From positions 1 to 64,000 of the forward strand of contig JAZDKB010000041.1 in NCBI GenBank assembly GCA_043803405.1: a stretch of 64,000 nt of DNA, in the 5' to 3' direction. Positions within the stretch are counted from its first letter, which is position 1; the number at the start of each line of letters is the position of its first letter. Shown here in pieces: positions 31,008-39,400 of this stretch. The DNA comes from Spirochaetota bacterium. Lineage in GTDB: Bacteria; Spirochaetota; UBA4802; JAFGDQ01. The position numbers and the translations under genes were made by a program. Below the pieces are notes generated by a model. The model searched no databases. It saw only the letters and a list, made by a program, of their open reading frames with translations, and was not told where the DNA came from.

Positions 31008-32429
31008 TCAACTCTTAATATACTTATTATAAAGCCCATCGTAATTCCGGATAAGGTCTTTTTTATTGTAGAATTTTAAAGCTTTTTCCCTGTTCTTTTT
31101 TACAAGCTCGCGTGTATATTCTTTTTCCGTATACAGCTTACTGATCCCGGACGCGATTTTTTCCGAGTCCTTGGGATCAGCTAAAAGATCTTCGTCATAA
31201 TCAAGCATTTCCGGCACATTGCCCACGCGTGTGGATATTACAGGAATGCCGGCAAGGTAAGCTTCGATAATTACGAGCGGCTGCGCTTCTCGTATGCTCG
31301 AAAGAACCATAACATCTAAAAAAGAATAATAGGTACGCACGTCGGCCTTGCCTGTAAAAATTATTTTATCTTCCAGCTTAAAATTCTCAACGAGCTGGAT
31401 GCATTCTTCGTAGTAATTCTCATCCTCATCCTGGGGGCCGATTATGTAAAATTTTACTTTCGGGATTGTTTCGGATACTATCTTGGAAGCAATAATAAAT
31501 GCTTTAACATCCTTAATCGGAACTACGCGTCCGACAAATCCCACTGAGTATTCTTCACGCGATTCGATCTTTAAATCCAGAAAGCGCTCAACATCAATGC
31601 CATTCGGGACAACAAGAGTTTTCTCTTTGCTCGCGCCCTGTGAAATCTGGATATTCCTGTTGTGCTCAAAAAGCGCTATAGAAAGATCCGCGTACTCGTA
31701 AGTTATCCTGCTAAGATCGTTAAATATGTTTATCCATAAGTCGCGCTGGTATCCCTTTACCCATTTGGCGCGCTTAATATCGATTTCTCTTTCTTTATTG
31801 TACAGGCCGTGCTCTGTGAGGATTACAGGCTTATTGTACATTATCTTCGCTATTGCTGCAACAAGCCCGGCGTATCCTGTGGAAATTGTATGATAAAGGT
31901 CAGCCTGTGGAATTTCCCATGTAAGTATTTTCAGCATATATTCATGCGACGACAGCCATGCCCAGTAATAATCGGAAAAAGGATAAAGCGGGTTATGCAT
32001 GCTGCCGTATTCACACGCCATATCCCAGGCATCGGAAGTTTCAACAAGGTCGCGGAAATCGTATTTCTTTTCCTGCATCTTTTTTAAAATCCACGAAAGC
32101 CCGGAAAATTTTTTTTCGGACATCATTTCGCCGTGAAATTCTTTTATCTTTTTAAAAAATTCTTTATCTGTTTTTTTCTTTTTATGCTTTTTCTTTTTTG
32201 TCAAAATCCTGTTTTCAAGGGATATTACATTTTCGGGAAATTTATATTTAAGCTCGTTGTCCTCGTCTGCCGAGATTGCCAGCACTATGAAATTAAAGTT
32301 CGTAAGGCCGGATATCATATCCTGTATCCACGACGAAACGCCTCCGGTAATATACGGATACGATCCTTCGGCAATAATGCATATTGTCTTTTTTTGCGGA
32401 TCAGGTTTGTTTATATATTCAATAGCCAT
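31008..32429 (-). CDS. pelF: GT4 glycosyltransferase PelF (DUF3492 + GT-B)
   Basis: EGSYPYITGGVSSW, DLYHTISTGYAG, LTEHGLYNKER, GRVVPIKD, EAQPLVIIEA; likely start ATG 32429 overlapping the upstream gene. Confidence 0.92.
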   Translation of the reverse strand: MAIEYINKPDPQKKTICIIAEGSYPYITGGVSSWIQDMISGLTNFNFIVLAISADEDNELKYKFPENVISLENRILTKKKKHKKKKTDKEFFKKIKEFHGEMMSEKKFSGLSWILKKMQEKKYDFRDLVETSDAWDMACEYGSMHNPLYPFSDYYWAWLSSHEYMLKILTWEIPQADLYHTISTGYAGLVAAIAKIMYNKPVILTEHGLYNKEREIDIKRAKWVKGYQRDLWINIFNDLSRITYEYADLSIALFEHNRNIQISQGASKEKTLVVPNGIDVERFLDLKIESREEYSVGFVGRVVPIKDVKAFIIASKIVSETIPKVKFYIIGPQDEDENYYEECIQLVENFKLEDKIIFTGKADVRTYYSFLDVMVLSSIREAQPLVIIEAYLAGIPVISTRVGNVPEMLDYDEDLLADPKDSEKIASGISKLYTEKEYTRELVKKNREKALKFYNKKDLIRNYDGLYNKYIKS

Positions 32430-33307
32430 TGATAAATTATTAACTCGGATATTTCGTCTAATTCGATCTCGGTCTTTGATGCAAGCGTTGCGAGAGTAAA
32501 AACATTCTGATAATCGCCAGTGTTGTAATAACACTCTGCAAGTCTTAAAAGCAAATTTCTGTCTTTGCCGTTTTTTGAAAAAAGATGAGTAAATATCTTT
32601 ATTGCGCTTTTGTTTTTTCCCATCAGCATATAACAACTACCCAGGGCAGTCAAAATTCGTTTATTATTTTTATTTTCAATCTCATGTGCAGTTTTCAAGG
32701 CAGTTTCGCTTTCTTTAAGGTAAAATATCTGTATCAGGCGCTGCCCGTTAAGAAGCCCGGCAAATTCAAAATAAAGCAGGCCTAATAAATAATATAAAAT
32801 ATAAATCCGGGTAGATTTATTATCTTTTTCCTTTTCTTTGATCTTCGATTTTATCCGCTGTATTTTTTCGATAAATGCATTCTCAATTGTATTTAATCCT
32901 TCTGCAGCATAAAGCGCGATCTCAGGATTTGGGTCTTTGATTAAATTACGCAGTATAGAAACAGAATGCAGATTCGGATTTGTTGTAAGTTTCTGCTGTG
33001 ACAAAAGGCGCGTGATCTCGTCAATGTCCTGTGCTTCGTCCGCGAGAGGCCGAAGAGAAGTCGCCATTTCAATAAAAAATTCAATGCCCGTTATTCCTCT
33101 TTCAAATGATTTGCGAAGCCCACGCTGAGTTACCGGAACATACTGATCCGATTTTTTTAATTTGCGGAAAAAGTCGAATGGATCGGAATACGTAAAGATA
33201 TTGTCTGCTGCCGCTGCATCAGTCTCCTTACTGCCGGGCAAGGGATGCGTTTGCAATACCACTTTTGAGATGGCGAAAGAATCGAATATTTTAGCTCGTA
33301 ATGTCAT
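32411..33307 (-). CDS. PelE-like HEAT/TPR scaffold protein
   Basis: ILRNLIKDPNPEIALYAAEGLNTIEN resembles the PelE motif; TPR helices; lies between pelD-like and pelF. Confidence 0.65.
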   Translation of the reverse strand: MTLRAKIFDSFAISKVVLQTHPLPGSKETDAAAADNIFTYSDPFDFFRKLKKSDQYVPVTQRGLRKSFERGITGIEFFIEMATSLRPLADEAQDIDEITRLLSQQKLTTNPNLHSVSILRNLIKDPNPEIALYAAEGLNTIENAFIEKIQRIKSKIKEKEKDNKSTRIYILYYLLGLLYFEFAGLLNGQRLIQIFYLKESETALKTAHEIENKNNKRILTALGSCYMLMGKNKSAIKIFTHLFSKNGKDRNLLLRLAECYYNTGDYQNVFTLATLASKTEIELDEISELIIYQWLLNI

Positions 33308-34767
33308 ATCTTCTGCATCTCCAGAAGATTCTCTGCAAGCATCATTATGTCTTCCTCGGACTTCAGGTTAGGACGCATACTGCTATAGCCCAGAATTATT
33401 TCCGGATGCATGGAAATTTCGCCTATTTTGAATTCTTCACTATTTATTTTTTCAATAAAAGTGAGACAAAGCATGGCAGCTCCGTCATAGTCCATGTTCG
33501 GAAGAATCAGGGAAAACTGGAATCTTCCTTTATACTGGAATATCATAGCGTCTTTTTTACTTTCACGCTTAACAAGCTGGGCCACAGTTCTTAACAGCTC
33601 GAGCACTTCATTGCCCGAATATTTTTCTAAAAGTTCTTCGCTGTTGCTAAGCTCGAAAACTACAAAGGATAATTTTGTGTTGTAAGAAAAAGCTTTCCCA
33701 AACTCTTCTTTAAGAGCTGAAAACATTTCGTCAATAGACGGCAGGCCTGTAACTTCATCGACTTCGCCTTTCCTGCTTATTTCGTCAAACCGTATTGCAT
33801 TGCCTATTATCGGAGCAGCAAGATCGGCGATCATCATAATTAACTGTTCGGAATATAAATTATACTTAACAAAAGGCATTTCCTCTATATTTATTATACC
33901 CCAGACCAGGTTGCCAATGTTTACCGGCACTGTTATAATATTATTCTTTTTATCTATCTCAAGAAGATTGGCGTGCTTTTGCAAAAGCTTTACTGAAAAC
34001 ATTGCATTATTGCGCGCCACCCAGCCTGTAATATTATCCGAGTCGGAAATCTTTCTGTCTTCGGCTTTAATCCCGCTCCATCCATGAGTAGCCAGCAAAA
34101 GTAGCGCTTTTTCCTCGCGATTGTACTGCCACAGCGAGCATTTTCCCGCTCCCGAAAATTTAACTATTGCTTCAAGTATATTAGGGTATATTTTTTCCAT
34201 ATCAAGTGAATTGAGTGATATCATAGTAGAGTAGAGAGAAATAAGCGAATTCTGCTGGCCTAAAATCCTGTCCTGGTACTCTTCATTTACCATGGAAATT
34301 GCCTTGAGTTCACGATCCAGCTTGTTCTCCTTTTCTTCCAGTTCTTCGATTTTATTTTTATGCTTATTAAGAATAACACCAAGCGTATCCCGTATTTCGC
34401 CGAATAAAACCGCAAAGATAAAACTCATAAACAGAAACTGCATTACTTCATTATAATTTATGCCGAAAAAATACTGAATAAAGTATTCCGTGCCTCCAAA
34501 AATATCGTATTTATAATTTATAACAGCAAAATTAATTACGATTCCGGTTATGGATACCAATAAAGCGATAATGCCGGATATTTTTCCGTAAAAACACGAG
34601 AAAAAGATTATTATAATAAAATAAGGATTATAGCCGGTATGTAAAAGGCCGGGGTCTTCGGGGTAATAAAAATAATTTACTATACTTAAAACGACAATCG
34701 CTGTTATTATTTCGCCGGGATAAATTTTTTTAAACAACACAGCCATATTTGGAATCATTATTTTCAT
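33304..34767 (-). CDS. PelD-like membrane protein (4 TM, coiled coil, GAF, degenerate GGDEF)
   Basis: NPY..II.F.SCFYG..SG TM block, FGEIRD, coiled coil, GAF with IEEMPF, DEVTGLP and a GGDEF fold lacking the catalytic motif. Confidence 0.75.
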   Translation of the reverse strand: MKIMIPNMAVLFKKIYPGEIITAIVVLSIVNYFYYPEDPGLLHTGYNPYFIIIIFFSCFYGKISGIIALLVSITGIVINFAVINYKYDIFGGTEYFIQYFFGINYNEVMQFLFMSFIFAVLFGEIRDTLGVILNKHKNKIEELEEKENKLDRELKAISMVNEEYQDRILGQQNSLISLYSTMISLNSLDMEKIYPNILEAIVKFSGAGKCSLWQYNREEKALLLLATHGWSGIKAEDRKISDSDNITGWVARNNAMFSVKLLQKHANLLEIDKKNNIITVPVNIGNLVWGIINIEEMPFVKYNLYSEQLIMMIADLAAPIIGNAIRFDEISRKGEVDEVTGLPSIDEMFSALKEEFGKAFSYNTKLSFVVFELSNSEELLEKYSGNEVLELLRTVAQLVKRESKKDAMIFQYKGRFQFSLILPNMDYDGAAMLCLTFIEKINSEEFKIGEISMHPEIILGYSSMRPNLKSEEDIMMLAENLLEMQKI

Positions 34768-34952
34768 TCTTTGAAATTTCCTGAATTTGTATGCTCTAAG
34801 AAATAACTACGCCGGCGCTAAAAAAAAACCGCGTACACCTAATATAGTATCGATCAATTAAAAAATATTATTCAGTCAATATTATATTCCCTGATTCCGC
34901 TGATACTAAAATAATTATCCTGCCCCATGTCTGCCTGCCCTGAATTAAAATC

Positions 34953-34981
34953 TTGCATTTCTCCGGTTTTAATGCGATAAT
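34953..34981 (+). promoter_or_regulatory. Sigma70-type promoter for the export/modification operon
   Basis: TTGCAT, 17 nt, TGc-GATAAT (extended -10). Confidence 0.45.
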
Positions 34982-35040
34982 ACGTTGAAAACTAAATCGT
35001 TAAGGAGGGAATTCATATACGTTTATATTGCTAAATTTTT

Positions 35041-35169
35041 CAATTTTTGCCGGATGCCGTGATATAAAGTCGTAAAGAAAAATACCGATATTTCCGTTTA
35101 TAAATGACAAGGATATATTGGTTATTTTTTCGGTTTAGCGTCACGGCATCCGGTAATTGATTTACCGGA
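35041..35169 (+). other. Long imperfect hairpin with an overlapping alternative hairpin in the 5' leader
   Basis: CCGGATGCCGTGA (35050-35062) / TCACGGCATCCGG (35141-35153) with further inner pairing; competing TCCGGTAA/TTACCGGA (35149-35169). Confidence 0.6.
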
Positions 35170-35215
35170 ATTAGATCAAATTCACACAAATAAAATAATA
35201 TAAACGGATATAACT

Positions 35216-36307
35216 ATGAGTATTGCCAAAAATTATTTTTTTTTAACATTGTGCCTTCTGTTTTTTTTCCAGGCATGCGGACAGATAAAAAGCGATAAAG
35301 GCAATGTTGAAAACCTCCTCGAAAAGGCCTCAAAGAACATAGCAACCGCAGAATCCCTTTCCGACATTGCGCGAAAAAACAACCTCATGAAAACTGCTGA
35401 ATCCCAGGTGCAGGAAGCGGATACATTAAGCGTAAAACTTACTGAGATGCAGGGCAAAGTCAACTCTGTATACGCGTATTTGTATTTTGTAAACGGGGAT
35501 TACACTAAGGCAAAAAAATTTGCGGAAAAGAATAAAGATAAAAATGATCCTTTTATGACTGTTTTAAATACGCGTATTTCCCTTAAGGAGAAAGGAAGTG
35601 AATTTGCACGCAACGCGATCGGCAGACTGGAGCCTGTTTTAACAACATATCCCCGCAATGCAATGGCGCGTCTAACCCTGGGTGACTGCCATTTCCTGCT
35701 GGGCAATTTTCAGGACGCTCAGAAACAGTATACTGAAGTGCTAAAAATTGGCGAAGCATTCCAGGTGCTGGCTGCAGACAGGCTTGAAGTAATGGACCAG
35801 ATAAGGCGCACCGGCGTCGATACAGGCAAAGTACAGAATGTCATTTTGTCTTTATACGTACGAAGAGATGAGGCTGCGGACATTTTAAAGCGCATATATA
35901 ATGCGGACAGGTATCTTAAATTCGGCAAGACAGGAGAAAAAAATTTTAAGGATATTATAGATTCTTTGTACGCAGATTCGATCCGCATTTTAAGAGAGAA
36001 AGGTTTTTTTACTTATATAAGCGGGGACAATTTCGAGCCTTATAAAATAGTAACACGAAGCGAGATCGCAATGATAGTGGAAGACTTTATTGTGCTTCAA
36101 AGCGGGAATACCTCGCTTCGCACTCGTTTTTTAAAAGATGCTAAATCAACTATTAAAGGTATTGATGTAAAAGATCCTTATTACAATGCAATAAAAACTG
36201 CCATAGATGCAAAAGCGATGGTTATTTCTCTGGACGGATCAATTAATCCTCTGGAACCTGTCAGCGGTCTTGAGACAATAGGCATATTCAGTAAACTAAT
36301 AAAGTAA
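35216..36307 (+). CDS. Lipoprotein with TPR repeats and SLH-like motifs
   Basis: Lipobox FQAC; TPR (ARLTLGDCHFLLGNFQDAQKQY); FKDI..YADSI..L.EKG...F.P.K.VTRSE SLH-like motif and a second copy. Confidence 0.7.
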   Translation: MSIAKNYFFLTLCLLFFFQACGQIKSDKGNVENLLEKASKNIATAESLSDIARKNNLMKTAESQVQEADTLSVKLTEMQGKVNSVYAYLYFVNGDYTKAKKFAEKNKDKNDPFMTVLNTRISLKEKGSEFARNAIGRLEPVLTTYPRNAMARLTLGDCHFLLGNFQDAQKQYTEVLKIGEAFQVLAADRLEVMDQIRRTGVDTGKVQNVILSLYVRRDEAADILKRIYNADRYLKFGKTGEKNFKDIIDSLYADSIRILREKGFFTYISGDNFEPYKIVTRSEIAMIVEDFIVLQSGNTSLRTRFLKDAKSTIKGIDVKDPYYNAIKTAIDAKAMVISLDGSINPLEPVSGLETIGIFSKLIK

Positions 36308-36325
36308 AGGCTTCCGGTACATCTC

Positions 36326-36364
36326 AGGGGCTTTATCCTTTAAGCCCCGCTTCGGGTTGGGGCA
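36326..36364. repeat. GC-rich REP-like palindrome
   Basis: GGGGCTT-TATCCTTT-AAGCCCC followed by GCCCC..GGGGC. Confidence 0.4.
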
Positions 36365-36441
36365 AAGAACAGTTAATATTTCCTGAAACATAAATAATCT
36401 TAATACACATAAAATAATTTTACATCTAACAGAGAAAAAAC

Positions 36442-39400
36442 ATGAAAACAAAATCCTCTTCGTTAAAACTCATTGTTTTAACAGTATCATTCGCATTGAT
36501 TATACCTTTGCTTTTGATAAACGTGCTGGCGCAGAAACAAAAAAAGCAGGCGAATCCTGAGCAAAAAAACCCTGCCGTTAAAATATCATACAAAAATTAC
36601 ATATGGATTGAAGGCGAAAACTCGGTTGATACGAATTTTTCAAAAGAGAAAACGTATAACTTTTTCTGCAGCGACAGGTTCGCTTTGCAGCTTTCCAAGG
36701 ACGCAGACCCTGCATCCGATAAGGGTTATTACGCTACGTATGTTTTTTACGTTTCGGGCACCAAGGCATTCGACTTCTGGATGGGATGCACGCCTCCGGG
36801 CTCGAAAAACGCAGATAAACCCGGCTATGCTTCGCCATTCGACTGGAAAATCGACAGCAGCGATTTTAAAAACGCTTCGTCGGAAAATACATTTGTTAAG
36901 GAATATTACGCAATCGGGGGATATTACTGGACAAAGATTTCGACAGGAATTCTTACTGCAGGGAAGCACACTCTTACGATACGCGTAAACCAGAAAAGGT
37001 CGAGCGGATGGGATTATTTTTTCTATATAGACGCGATAGTTTTCATTCCGGCTTACTCAGATTACCTTATGCCTCTTATGAGCTTTCCTGAAGTTGCTTC
37101 GAAAAACTTCAGCGATAAGGGAAAAAGCATATTATTCGAAGACATTGATTATTACAAACAGCAGATAAGGCAAAAACCGAATGACCGTGAAATGGTATTT
37201 TCACTGCTTCAGGTCTATACATGGCTTTATGAATACGAAAAATCAATGGATTTATGCAGGGAGTACCTGAAAAAAAATCCGAAGGATATTGAAATACGTC
37301 TTCTTCTGGCTTCGAGCCTGGCATGGGCAGACAGGCTTGATGAAGCCATAAAAGAGTATAACAATATAATCGCCATTGATAAAAACAACATAACTGCGCG
37401 CAAGCTTCTGGCCGTTCTTGCCGGATGGAACAACCGCTACGATGAATCAATTAAAAATTACAGGGAGATTGTTGAGATTGACCGCATGAACATCGATGCT
37501 TATATTTCTTTAGCAACTCAATATTCCTGGAAAAACGAGCCGACCAAGGCTTTTGAAATTTTCAAAAAAGCAGAGTCTATTGCGCCTAAAAACATAGAAG
37601 TGCTTTACGCCCTTGGGGACAATTACTTCTGGATTGGAAAAACCTTTGAAGCAAGCCAGCAGTATAAAAAGATAATCTCCATAGACGAAAAACAGATCGA
37701 AGCGTATAAAAAACTGGCTAAACTGTATCTTTCAATGGACCGCAAAGAAAGCGCGGATGATATTATGGACGAAGCGTCGCGCGTTGTAAATATATACCCT
37801 GAACTCGCAGGGTTTTCGCTGGATATAACAAGCGAGCTCAATAAAGACACGGTAGCTACTCTTGGAGAGTACAGAAAAGCGCTCGAAAAAAATCCTGACG
37901 ATATTGAAACACGAAAGAACCTTATAGACTCATACATCTGGAATAAAATGGACGCTGAAGCTGCTAAAGAATACAACAATCTTTTGAACGTTAAAATTGT
38001 TAAGGGCATAGAAAAAACAGACGAAAGAATCGCGAATCTGGCGATTGAATCAGTAAAGCTGAGACAGGCAGCGCCTGTACTTGCAGGAATTAAAGAAAAG
38101 CTCGCGGAAATTGCAGAAAGATACAAAAAAGCGGAATCCTATATATCCGGAGGCAAAGATCTTCCTGAAGGACTTAACGAAAACAAAATTAAAAACGATC
38201 TGCTTCTGACCTTAAGCCTGGTAAAAAAGGTCGATCTTTTTGAGCAGAATCTTTCATATTTTAACGATGTTATCAGTTATTATGACAGGGACATACAAAG
38301 CTATTTAACGCAAAAGAACGCGTTAAAATGGGAACCCGACAAAAAGAGAATTGAAACCCAGGCAGATGAATCGGAAAAGATGTTCCCTCAGGATTACAGG
38401 CCGAAAAAAGTTACAGGTCTCCTTGAATATTTATATGGCAGCCTGTCCGTCTCGAAATCGAAATTCGATTTCGTATATAAAGTACAACCCGAAAAATCAT
38501 TCCCTGTTTATGTTTTGGCTGCTTCCGAATTATCCGATCATTCTGCAACAGGAAATTTAATCGCTGATATGCAAAAAAATAAAAACTTTAAGGCATATAC
38601 TGAAAATCTTAAAAAACTGCAGGATTTTTTAAAAGCTCTGCAGGCAGAACCTGCTCCTGAAAACAAAATGGTCGACATAAAGTCAATGGCATCTGAAATA
38701 AGCAAACAATCGCAAAACGCATTGAGCCGCCTTGAAGAGCTTATAAGCGAGAAAAAAGAAAAGCTGAAAACAGCAAAAAAAACAATGCAGTATATGTATG
38801 AAAAAATGTTCCTGGATACTGAAATTGATAATGTGAACATTTACAATGAAATTGCGAACTATAATTTAAACAAAGGAAATCAGAAGGATGTTCTGGACTA
38901 CTACGGCAGAATCCTTGCGGTTCAGCCTTTAAATGTTGAGATAAATTACAAGACAGGCGCTCAAAATCAGGCTCTGGGCTACTGGAAGTCAGCAATGGGG
39001 AATTACGAGCTCTGCATCAACAATGACCCGGACAACCAGAACGCACGCGCTGCGCATTATGATCTGCAAAAGGAGCACTCGCCTGCGCTTAAGAACGAGT
39101 TTTCCTATTTCTCCGATCAATACGACAAAGGACAGGACTATAAGTCCACAAGAATCAATAACCTATTAATGTTCACATATCCGCTTAACAACTGGTTAGC
39201 GCTTAATGCCGGGTATGGATTCAGAAAAGTTTCTGATACTGGCGGAACTGCGATTCCCGGCAAAGCACTATCACTAACCGAGGGTTCATTCACCAGAAAT
39301 ACTGCAATAGCCGGTACGGATATTAATTTCGTGCCATTGGGTGTAAAATTATTTTTGGATTTTAAAGGGCATAGTTATAAAGGCAAAATTAGCCATGAAA

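Noticed and set aside
32430..32636. Long N-terminal extension of pelF in the ORF track
   Set aside because: It overlaps the pelE-like gene extensively; homology starts after ATG 32429
34768..35215. c-di-GMP riboswitch, SRP RNA or 6S RNA in the pel intergenic region
   Set aside because: No GNRA/receptor GEMM pattern, no SRP GGAA helix, and the hairpin is short for 6S; kept only as an unknown structure
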